Of a stretch of 32,000 bases of DNA, positions 1-7,486 are shown one piece after another. Positions within the stretch are counted from its first letter, which is position 1. Each line of letters begins with the position of its first letter. The stretch is from positions 6,570,001 to 6,602,000 of the forward strand of contig NC_008312.1 in assembly GCF_000014265.1 (NCBI RefSeq), read 5' to 3'. The position numbers were made by a program, and so were the translations under genes. The stretch is from Trichodesmium erythraeum IMS101. Lineage in GTDB: Bacteria > Cyanobacteriota > Cyanobacteriia > Cyanobacteriales > Microcoleaceae. The notes beneath the pieces were generated by a model that ran no database searches, was not told where the DNA came from, and saw only the letters and a list, made by a program, of their open reading frames with translations.

Positions 1-324
1 ATAGTAAGGTATCCATCAGGAAACGTAATATTTTCTTCTGATACTTGCTTAAACAATGACGGAAGTTATACCATAACAGGATTTGACTACACTAACACAA
101 GCGCTGAAAAATATTACGCTGTTGGTGAGTACGATAAAATGCTGAGATACCTTTTTAAAGATAAATTCCTTCGTGAATACAAGGTGTTAGGTTATCTTTC
201 GAGAGAACTTTTGGATCCTAACAGGACTAAGCCCTTAAAGGAAGTCGAAGTCTACATAAATAGCAAAATAATTACATTCGGTGGTTTCCCCGCAGCTATA
301 GAGGAATATTCTATTGCAGCATAA
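1..324 (+). CDS. hypothetical protein, 3' end (ORF enters from the left window edge)
   Basis: Frame 1 is open from nt 1 to TAA at 322-324, so the Met at 139 in the track is internal. A hairpin plus T-run follows at 356-387. No recognisable motif. Confidence 0.5.
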   Translation: MVRYPSGNVIFSSDTCLNNDGSYTITGFDYTNTSAEKYYAVGEYDKMLRYLFKDKFLREYKVLGYLSRELLDPNRTKPLKEVEVYINSKIITFGGFPAAIEEYSIAA

Positions 325-355
325 ATCCTAATTCAACTAAATAATTGAACAACAG

Positions 356-387
356 AAAGCTTGTACCGATTTTGGCACAAGCTTTTT
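356..387 (+). terminator. intrinsic terminator candidate
   Basis: aaagcttgtacc (356-367) pairs with ggcacaagcttt (374-385) at 11 of 12 positions around a 6-nt loop, and runs into ttttt (383-387). It lies 32 nt after the stop at 324. Confidence 0.6.
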
Positions 388-408
388 GTCGTAAAGCAAC
401 TACTAACA

Positions 409-885
409 ATGTATCAATTAGCAGAGAAAAAAGCAACTATGATTACCGATGAAGAAGTATTTGAAAGCATAAACAAAGATTTCAAGCAGAACACAGGTTT
501 CTTTGTGTCTGTTATAAAGTGTGGTACTGAATACCTGAGAAGTGTAGATTACGAGAACTCAAAGCTAAAAAACCGCTTAGAGTTTCCTACAAATCTTGTA
601 AAAATAAGGGTAATAGATTCTCCCATAAATATAATAGAAAGTAACCAATTAGCGAACGCGCTAAACATTTTTTACTTTGAAATAGACTACCAGACAAACA
701 GGTATTCGTGGGAGGAAAACAGGGAACGTTCTACAGAAAATTTTGTAAAGCTTTTTGAGAAAATAGATAAACACCTATTTGATACGATAGTAAAGAAAAG
801 AGCGAACGTAGCCTTTCTAATGTCTCACAAAGTAGCTAAGATATCCTTTAAAACAAGGTTTTTCGGGCTTATAACTCGTTTATGA
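409..885 (+). CDS. hypothetical protein (about 158 aa)
   Basis: The track ORF 361-885 starts at a TTG inside the terminator stem. The first in-frame ATG is at 409 (MYQLAEKK), with an alternative at 439. The stop overlaps the next start as ATGA (882-885). Confidence 0.55.
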   Translation: MYQLAEKKATMITDEEVFESINKDFKQNTGFFVSVIKCGTEYLRSVDYENSKLKNRLEFPTNLVKIRVIDSPINIIESNQLANALNIFYFEIDYQTNRYSWEENRERSTENFVKLFEKIDKHLFDTIVKKRANVAFLMSHKVAKISFKTRFFGLITRL

Positions 886-1466
886 CCTACGAGTTTAAGA
901 TGTCAGAGTTTGACCCTGAGATTGACTTAAAATACATAGGTTATTTAGCTTTAGCCTACGACAAAAAGGAAGGAAAACCTGTCTCCTCCCCAAACGACAT
1001 TCTAGTAATAGAGCAGGAAATTAGGGATGTCTCAAGACGCATAAACTATAGAAACACAGAAATCCCCATAGAAAACCTTGTATCAAACATAATCCCGGGC
1101 TTCACATCAGAGTGGGGTATCGAGAAAAAGTCAAGGGTAATTGAAGATGTGTTACTTGGAGTACCTATTAACCCAATATGGGTTGTATCTCTTGACACAT
1201 ACGATGAGGATCGGTTTATAAAGATTATTACTGGAGAAGAAGTCGTAATGGCATTGAGCGATTTTATTTGTAATAAGTTTTCTTTGTTTGGAATGAAACT
1301 AATACAAAGCTCAAAAGGTGTAAAATATCAAGATTTCTCAGTGCAAATGCAGAGGAAAATTACCAGGTCAACTGTCAGGCTTTTAGAACTAAACCCACGA
1401 GTCGAAGGCAAAATCCTGGCATACTTACGCAAGTCAAACGCCTATGGAGTAAATAATGCCTGTTGA
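882..1466 (+). CDS. minimal ParB/DUF262-like protein, degenerate (DGxxR position reads TGEEV)
   Basis: KSRVIEDVLLGVPINPIWVV...IITGEEVVMALSDFICNKFSL aligns with the neighbouring paralog and with the DUF262 N-terminal pattern (LIdSil.g.PiP.i...DGQQR...F). ATGA overlap upstream and an 11-nt overlap downstream. Confidence 0.6.
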   Translation: MTYEFKMSEFDPEIDLKYIGYLALAYDKKEGKPVSSPNDILVIEQEIRDVSRRINYRNTEIPIENLVSNIIPGFTSEWGIEKKSRVIEDVLLGVPINPIWVVSLDTYDEDRFIKIITGEEVVMALSDFICNKFSLFGMKLIQSSKGVKYQDFSVQMQRKITRSTVRLLELNPRVEGKILAYLRKSNAYGVNNAC

Positions 1467-1917
1467 ACTAACAAAGCCTTGGAACATAGACGAAATACAC
1501 TACTGTTGGATAGAATGGCTAATTGAAACGCCTTACACAGAACCAGCAGTAGACTTTGACAACGATGAGAAGTCTAGAGTTATTGAAAAAATTTTCCTTG
1601 GAATTCCCATCGGTCCAATAACCGTAGCACCATTCTCAACAAAGGATTGTAACAAAATAATAGTTGACGGCGCAAAAAGAGTAAAAGCTATAAAAGACTT
1701 TTGTGCTAACAATCTAAAAATGTCTGGACTTCAGGCCTTGTTTAGCCTAAACGGCGCTACTTACCTTGACTTATCAGAGGAACAAAGGTTTGAGTTTAAA
1801 TGTTCTATTATTCACATAGTAAAGCTTGAAGAACATGATGAAGACGCCATAAACTACGTTTGTTCTAGTAACCCAGGCAATAGCCACTGGCTAAAACATG
1901 GTGCTCCGCATGAATAG
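1456..1917 (+). CDS. minimal ParB/DUF262-like protein (retains D-G-x-x-R: IVDGAKRVKAIKDF)
   Basis: KSRVIEKIFLGIPIGPITVA...IIVDGAKRVKAIKDFCANNLKMSGL matches the ParB/sulfiredoxin-fold DUF262 core. Clear paralog of 882-1466. Confidence 0.6.
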   Translation: MPVELTKPWNIDEIHYCWIEWLIETPYTEPAVDFDNDEKSRVIEKIFLGIPIGPITVAPFSTKDCNKIIVDGAKRVKAIKDFCANNLKMSGLQALFSLNGATYLDLSEEQRFEFKCSIIHIVKLEEHDEDAINYVCSSNPGNSHWLKHGAPHE

Positions 1918-1937
1918 GTAGTGCTTTAGGTAAAACA

Positions 1938-2378
1938 ATGACTGAAGAATTAATCAACCTAACATGGAAAAGTGTAAGTGATATTAACAACCCAGACAAT
2001 CCAAAAAGGAGAGGTTGGTTAATACCATTGGATGACTTGGATGAAATAAAGCGAGGAACTTACTGTAACAAAACAGTAGTACTAAAGCTGGATAACTTAA
2101 ACCCTCAACAGATAGTTTTAAGCGACTACATGGAGAGTAAGGACAGGGTAAAACTAAGAGAGACCCAGGAGCTAACTCATTGGGGAAAAGAGTACAAACT
2201 ACGCCCTATAATTTACAGAAAGCCGAAAAACTATTTCCCTAAAACAGAGCATGAGTTACCAGCAGATTTTTTATCAGCAAGAGGAGTAATAAAACGTGGA
2301 GAAGTTTATGTAGCTTTTATTTACCAAACGTCAATTAAAAGAATATCAACAATGAATTTGTTTACTGTTTTAGAATGA
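1938..2378 (+). CDS. hypothetical protein (146 aa)
   Basis: ORF in the same orientation, 20 nt after the previous stop. No recognisable motif. Confidence 0.5.
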   Translation: MTEELINLTWKSVSDINNPDNPKRRGWLIPLDDLDEIKRGTYCNKTVVLKLDNLNPQQIVLSDYMESKDRVKLRETQELTHWGKEYKLRPIIYRKPKNYFPKTEHELPADFLSARGVIKRGEVYVAFIYQTSIKRISTMNLFTVLE

Positions 2379-2425
2379 TAGTATGCGATGCTTCCCATGA
2401 ATAGGCGATATCTATTTATTTAAAA

Positions 2426-2462
2426 ATGGCAATGTAATGTAACAAATGTATAGCATTGCCAT
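2426..2462 (+). terminator. hairpin between sub-operons (possible terminator or attenuator)
   Basis: Perfect 9-bp stem atggcaatg (2426-2434) with cattgccat (2454-2462) and a 19-nt loop. There is no strong T-run, so this is a weak call. Confidence 0.3.
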
Positions 2463-2550
2463 TAAAATCATTGATTCTAATCATCCTGTATATTTTATCA
2501 GGAAAGCTTTTTGAGAATTTTGCATTACTATTCTGAGCACCCATGTTTTT

Positions 2551-2946
2551 ATGAAAACTGAACCAATTAAATGCAATGTTATTGGCCTTTACAATAAGGG
2601 AATAGCATTGCTTTTTTCAAAACAAGATTATGACAATTTGTTTGAGGGCGATCGCCTAGACGAAGCCTTAAATAAAGGTCTTAGCCTGGAAATAGACAAC
2701 GACGTAACAGGCGCGAGAATAAATGGATATGAAGCCACTGAGAAAATAGCAATCAACGAGCACTTAAGGTGGCTTGACGTAGCAAATTCAGAGTATAAGA
2801 TTCTTTGCAACGTTTCGCAACAAGTGGGTAACATTAAATTGCTAGGCAAATGTAAACTTGACTGCAACGTTGAAATGAGACTTCCAAAGGAAATGCTTAT
2901 TTGCGTTTACTACAGCATACTTGAGTGTGAAATGTTTGAGGGGTAA
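2551..2946 (+). CDS. hypothetical protein, tandem paralog A (131 aa)
   Basis: N-terminus MKTEPIKCNV and C-terminus GKCKLDCNVEMRLPKEMLICVYY. The first 30 nt are nearly identical to the start of the next gene. Confidence 0.6.
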   Translation: MKTEPIKCNVIGLYNKGIALLFSKQDYDNLFEGDRLDEALNKGLSLEIDNDVTGARINGYEATEKIAINEHLRWLDVANSEYKILCNVSQQVGNIKLLGKCKLDCNVEMRLPKEMLICVYYSILECEMFEG

Positions 2947-2951
2947 TTTTT

Positions 2952-3350
2952 ATGAACACTGAACCAATTAAATGTAATGTATTAACTGAAGATGACCTTG
3001 ACCCACAAGCTGGGTTTGTATTTTCAGTTGAAGAATACAACAAAGTTTTTAACGTAACCTTTGACTGTAAGAAGGTTACTTTAGAAGTAGACGGAGCGAT
3101 CAGAAATGCAACATTAGAATCTTACAAGCTTGTGAATGAAACGGAAGTTTTCACCCATAGGCGTGAGCTATTTATTTCTAATTCAAAAGAGCCAGCGACA
3201 CACGTAGTTGAATTGTACGAAGGCGCAATATATCGTGTGGGTAGTTGCATGTTCAGTTGCGAGGAAATTTTAATTGAGCCAGAGCCAATAAACATCTATA
3301 TATACTACACAGATGAAGAGCTTTACAATAAAAGAAAAAGCAATGAATAA
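2952..3350 (+). CDS. hypothetical protein, tandem paralog B (132 aa)
   Basis: N-terminus MNTEPIKCNV and C-terminus GSCMFSCEEILIEPEPINIYIYY. Lies 5 nt after paralog A. Confidence 0.6.
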   Translation: MNTEPIKCNVLTEDDLDPQAGFVFSVEEYNKVFNVTFDCKKVTLEVDGAIRNATLESYKLVNETEVFTHRRELFISNSKEPATHVVELYEGAIYRVGSCMFSCEEILIEPEPINIYIYYTDEELYNKRKSNE

Positions 3351-3771
3351 TAAGGTATATCAGTGCAACATAATTATTGAGCATGAAAGGTCTTGGGAAT
3401 GGTTTCAGCGAAACGAGAATCCTAATGGGAAGATATCTTATGAAGCTGGGTGGGCTTTCTTAATAGACGATTACAGGGAAGTGTTTGATGACAATTTTTC
3501 AAAAACTATTCTTGTATCTTTAAGTGGAGAAAGCCCTAACAAAACAAAAATCAGCAACTACGTGGAAGGAAGGAAAAGAATAGTCACTTATCACACACAG
3601 CACTTACGAGTTTGCGGATATGAAGACAAGGTTAACTCTATAGTCTGTTTTCAAGAAGGAAATCTTGAAATGGTAGGCACATTTGAGTTTAAGTTTTGCA
3701 ATGAAAGTAGCGATTGGAAAAAAATAAACCTTTACGTATACATACCAGAATACTACGATAAAAATGTCTAA
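3343..3771 (+). CDS. hypothetical protein, tandem paralog C (about 142 aa)
   Basis: Preferred start is the ATG at 3343 (MNNKVYQCNI), which mirrors the xxxPIKCNV N-terminus of A and B and overlaps the upstream stop as ATGAATAA. The track start at 3313 would overlap by 38 nt. C-terminus is GTFEFKFCNESSDWKKINLYVYI. Confidence 0.55.
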   Translation: MNNKVYQCNIIIEHERSWEWFQRNENPNGKISYEAGWAFLIDDYREVFDDNFSKTILVSLSGESPNKTKISNYVEGRKRIVTYHTQHLRVCGYEDKVNSIVCFQEGNLEMVGTFEFKFCNESSDWKKINLYVYIPEYYDKNV

Positions 3772-4108
3772 TGAAATGAAAACCTACGAACTAAGTGTAG
3801 ATAGTAGCATGGGCTGGTACATAAAAAACCAGGTAAAGTGGATGAAAGTCTCTGACTTAACTCCCGATGACTACGAAGAGCTAAATTCAAACTCAAGGTT
3901 ATTCTTAATAGCTTACAAAGAAAGAATATTCAAGTTAACTTATACTTTAGTTCAAGAATTTTTCAAAATAGAAAAGTTTGACGACGGAACTCTTTATCTG
4001 TGGAGTTTAAGTGGTTATAAGTTTAATAAGGAACACAGAACTGCATATATAACCGCTTTAGAGATAGAGGATTGGAGAGTTGAGGACATCATAAGCTCCT
4101 ATAGCTAA
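3764..4108 (+). CDS. hypothetical protein (114 aa)
   Basis: 8-nt overlap with the previous stop (ATGTCTAA), indicating translational coupling. No motif recognised. Confidence 0.5.
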   Translation: MSNEMKTYELSVDSSMGWYIKNQVKWMKVSDLTPDDYEELNSNSRLFLIAYKERIFKLTYTLVQEFFKIEKFDDGTLYLWSLSGYKFNKEHRTAYITALEIEDWRVEDIISSYS

Positions 4109-4111
4109 TTA

Positions 4112-4297
4112 TCACCCCCATCGTAGCCAACTACTTTGGGGATTAAACAGTAACAATGCCATGAAACAAATAATTGTTAAGCTTTTTCCAAGTAAAGTCC
4201 ATTTTCTAGATAGTGCAGACTGTCTATAAGTACCACAAGATGATGAAAAAAGACTAAACGAAACTGCAACCCATATAGGGAGAAATGTTTTGGTCAT
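4112..4297 (-). CDS. possible small membrane protein (61 aa, two hydrophobic segments)
   Basis: Minus-strand ORF that fills the 228-nt gap between plus-strand genes. Hydrophobic segments are FLPIWVAVSFSLFSSSC and LTIICFMALLLF. It could be spurious. Confidence 0.25.
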   Translation of the reverse strand: MTKTFLPIWVAVSFSLFSSSCGTYRQSALSRKWTLLGKSLTIICFMALLLFNPQSSWLRWG

Positions 4298-4336
4298 TAA
4301 TGCTGTAAAAATATAACAAAGCTATAAATAAAAACA

Positions 4337-5470
4337 ATGCAAGACTGGAAAACAAACTTGTTAAACAAAATAGTAGAGAAATACGTAAATAACTCTAATG
4401 AGTGGGTGGAGTTAGAGTTTGATTTAAACAAAGTTTTAGAGTTAATAATAGTTTCTAACAATTTTTACGGCAAAAGTAGCCAGGAAAGGGGAATTTCTGT
4501 ATCTAAATATTTAAAGACTATAGGTGCAGATGAAATTAGCAAGTATTCAACGTATTATACTGTCGAAGAGTCTTACTCAATAAACCTACGCAAGCCAAGC
4601 AGGTTAAAATATTTTAACCCAAGTACTTGGCTTGAGCTGGCTTACTGTGCTGCAAACCCTCAGAACTATACAAAGGTAGAGCGAGTTAAGCGATCGCCGT
4701 CACCTAAAGTAATAGTGTTTTATTCTTACAGGGATTCAGGAGATAAAACCACAAGTGTAGCAATTACAGGCTTAAAACTGGTTGAAAAAGGCTATAACGT
4801 TGCACTGATGGATTTAAACCTAGAATCTCCAGGTCTAAGTGCCTTGATTAACCAAAAAGAATTGCCGAAAAAGGGTTTTGTAGATTATTTCTACGACAAA
4901 TCTTTTGGGAAAGTTGATGTCGAAGTTTCAATAGACCAAACATTTTTTGAAGTAAAAACTAAATTTGAATGGGCAGGCGGCAACCTGTTTGGCTTTTACC
5001 CAGGAGAATTATCGCCAGACTACACGTGTAAGTTAGAATACATTAACCCGCAAGTGGTTCTAGACGACAATGAAACACTCTGGTCTGTTCTAAAAAAGGA
5101 GGTATATGAACATTTAGACTTAGACTTTATACTAATAGATTCTGCTAGCGGTTTGAGTAAGTGGGCAGCGTTGTTACTAACACAGGCAGCAGACGAGGCA
5201 TTAATTTTTACTGATACCAGTGATAATAGCATTAATGGAACTAATTTAATATTAGAGGCCATTGATGTACTAGGCTTAAAGAAAAAAATAGTCCTTTCCC
5301 TTTTAGAGTTTGTCAACAAAGACAAGGCGATAGAAAATGCCTGGGAAAAAATTAATTTCAGTGTAAAAAGAGAGGATGAATTTTTTGTAGTTCCGCATTT
5401 TTCCTTAAACAATTATACAAATATAAACCAAATATATTCTAATATAGCAAGATTCATATATTCAAACTAA
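4337..5470 (+). CDS. ParA/MinD-like ATPase of the FYSYKGGVGR type, with variant P-loop and a ~120-aa N-terminal extension
   Basis: KVIVFYSYRDSGDKTTSVAITGLKLVEKGYNVALMDLNLESPGLS matches the FYSYKGGVGRT...DWDLEAPGL pattern of KGGVGR-motif variant ParA-like ATPases. Here KGGVGR is replaced by RDSGDK. ILIDSASGLS is Walker B-like. Confidence 0.65.
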   Translation: MQDWKTNLLNKIVEKYVNNSNEWVELEFDLNKVLELIIVSNNFYGKSSQERGISVSKYLKTIGADEISKYSTYYTVEESYSINLRKPSRLKYFNPSTWLELAYCAANPQNYTKVERVKRSPSPKVIVFYSYRDSGDKTTSVAITGLKLVEKGYNVALMDLNLESPGLSALINQKELPKKGFVDYFYDKSFGKVDVEVSIDQTFFEVKTKFEWAGGNLFGFYPGELSPDYTCKLEYINPQVVLDDNETLWSVLKKEVYEHLDLDFILIDSASGLSKWAALLLTQAADEALIFTDTSDNSINGTNLILEAIDVLGLKKKIVLSLLEFVNKDKAIENAWEKINFSVKREDEFFVVPHFSLNNYTNINQIYSNIARFIYSN

Positions 5471-5540
5471 AAATGATTTTATTTTACAAAAAATTGGGTA
5501 TTTATTATTATGAAAAAACTTGAATTATTTTAATTTAAAA

Positions 5541-5958
5541 TCTATGACAGTCCTAACCTCCATGACAGACTACCCACTAAAATATGACAAACCCTCTAAA
5601 AAGTCTGTCATCCTATAGCAGTATAAGCTTGAGGGTGTTTTATGACGCGATGACAGACCTATAACCAAGTTAGTTCAGTTTTATATTTTCTCTAAAATAT
5701 TCAAATATTTTTAACTCAGCGTTTTTTTTTGAGAGAAATCCTAATTTTTTTTCTAAATGCCTTAAACACCTGTAAATATAAGAAATATAGGTTAAAAAAT
5801 AGTGTTTCAATTTTTTTTCCATCGGGAGTTAGGATATAGCGCGTCATCGCGTCATAAAACCACCTCAAATCTATATTAATCTAGGATGACAGACTTGTTA
5901 GTAGGCTTGTCATATTTTAGGCAAAGTATGTCATATTTAGTTAGGCTTGTCATAGATC
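5541..5958. repeat. large imperfect palindrome: two ~120-bp inverted arms with mirrored ATGACAG/CTGTCAT boxes around a 177-bp AT-rich core
   Basis: Left-arm boxes are at 5544, 5562, 5584, 5605 (inverted), 5642 and 5650. Right-arm mirror boxes end at 5953, 5934, 5913, 5892 (inverted), 5855 and 5847. The 13-mer aagtctgtcatcc (5601-5613) is the exact reverse complement of ggatgacagactt (5884-5896). Confidence 0.85.
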
Positions 5959-6046
5959 ATTTACTTGTGATAGTTCTCAGAGAGAAAAAGCCTATCTTTT
6001 CATAAATAGATAGCTTAAAATAAAAAAAATGATAGCAAAAAATATG

Positions 6047-6074
6047 TTGACTTTTTGCTTATTTGTAATATAAT
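6047..6074 (+). promoter_or_regulatory. near-consensus sigma70-type promoter
   Basis: TTGACT (6047-6052), a 16-nt spacer, then TATAAT (6069-6074). Confidence 0.4.
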
Positions 6075-6489
6075 ATAGTTATTAAGGTTAAATTCTACGG
6101 ACGTATTTATGCTTTATTTTTAACTGGTTCTAACTCTTACTTTTTTACTAGCTATTGATTTCTTATTAACTTTTATCATCCATTAAATAATCGACAAGTG
6201 GCTTTGATTTTTTCTGAGCTACTTTTCTATATTTATACTACAATTATAAATAGTAGTAATAATAGAAATATAAGTCTAATGCCAATATCTTGGGAGTCTA
6301 ATCTTACATACTTAAAGCTCGGTAAAAACCTTATACCCTTAACTAAAGACGACAACGAGCCAGCCAAAGTGTATATAAGTTTTAGAGGCACTACGGTCAC
6401 GTCAAAACCAAAATATCCTGACAGAGCAATAAGAGCTAAAGAAAAAGATGGAGGTGATTTTTACAACTCATCTACTACTTCCTAAAAAT

Positions 6490-7222
6490 TTGTAATCATA
6501 GGAAGAACTTAGTTGCCAAGTTTCATCACCAACTACTTCTAAAACTTGTTGATGATATTCCAACAAAGTTAGGTGGAGTCTTACACTAATATAAGTTATA
6601 AGTAGTTGATACACATTACAAATGTTTGTAGATATTTTGTTCATTTTTCACATCCGGAGCGCTAATGGTGCTTTATCTAAAATTGCATGAGGAGGTTGAG
6701 TCAGCAACAAACGTGCAAGAGCAACCTGCTGTTGTTATCCCATGAAAAAACATGCTCCCGATCTTCGATCGCGCCTAAACCACTAAATCTTTTAGTTAAG
6801 TCTAGTAGGTCAACTTTTGTAAATCTTTAAAACAAAAGACCCCAGCTATTATATTTGGGAATTTGAGCAAGTATCAGATGTAGTATTAGAAATAGTCTCC
6901 TTAGTTGGGTAGTAAATTTGAAAATTATGTGGAAATGGGAGTAGAGTACTATGCAGTGTTGGAAGCGTTGCAAATGTTAGGTGAATATTTTCACTTGAGT
7001 CTATAAGTTGGAAGCGAGTGGTGATCAGCAAATGGCCGAAACTTGGTTAGAAAAACTCTGGTTGGGGTTGACTTTATGATCAGGAAAATTTGAGGGTAAG
7101 CAAGATATTTGGTTGTGTTGGTGCGATATTGAGGTGAATGTCATGCTGGTGCCGAAGGTGCGAACCAAGAGAAATTTAAAAAAGAGCTGGCTTGACAATG
7201 TGCTGAATGGGAAAAGCTGCAA
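6490..7222 (-). pseudogene. decayed ABC exporter ATP-binding domain (fragmented, boundaries fuzzy)
   Basis: Minus-strand translation around 6740-6660 gives FFMG*QQQVALARLLLTQPPHAILDKAPLAL, which is the LSGGQ signature plus Walker B region with an in-frame stop. Flanking frames show weaker NBD-like strings with frameshifts. Confidence 0.45.
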
Positions 7223-7387
7223 AAGGAGTCTACTTTAACTGAAGTTAGCAGAACTTGAGGCGAGGTTGCGTGATTTTGGTATGGTAGGTAAATATTTATT
7301 TTACAGATACTTGTGGTATATTTAATAGTATTTGACTACAATCAATTTTTGTAAATATTTTGTCGTTAAGTAATTTTATTGCTGAAT

Positions 7388-7486
7388 ATGATATCTAAAA
7401 TGAAAATAGATAAAACAATAAAAACACCTGCTCTTGATATTACTCATTTAATTATAGAGGATGAAATTCCAGTAGATAATTTTTAA
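7388..7486 (+). pseudogene. Uma2-family (DUF820) endonuclease N-terminal remnant (32 codons)
   Basis: MISKMKIDKTIKTPALDITHLIIEDEIPVDNF* resembles the conserved N-terminal E-D-G-x-P-V-D-N stretch of Uma2 proteins. It is truncated after 32 codons. Confidence 0.3.

Noticed and set aside
361-408. TTG start at 361 for the ORF 361-885
   Set aside because: The TTG lies inside the stem of the terminator hairpin (356-387) of the upstream gene. The in-frame ATG at 409 (or 439) is more plausible.
2628-2867. 79-aa minus-strand ORF
   Set aside because: It is entirely antisense to paralog A (2551-2946), which has a paralog-supported reading frame. It is a shadow ORF.
5020-5412. 130-aa minus-strand ORF
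   Set aside because: It is antisense to the ParA-like gene, whose frame is supported by family motifs. Its composition is low-complexity and Ser/Leu-rich, typical of a shadow ORF.
6198-6485. 95-aa plus-strand ORF downstream of the promoter-like site
   Set aside because: It has a GTG start, a low-complexity N-terminus and no motif, and it sits in a decayed region. It is kept only as a possibility within the promoter finding and is not called as a gene.
6849-7222. Two minus-strand ORFs (60 and 65 aa)
   Set aside because: They read as frames of the decayed ABC exporter remnant and are not independent genes.
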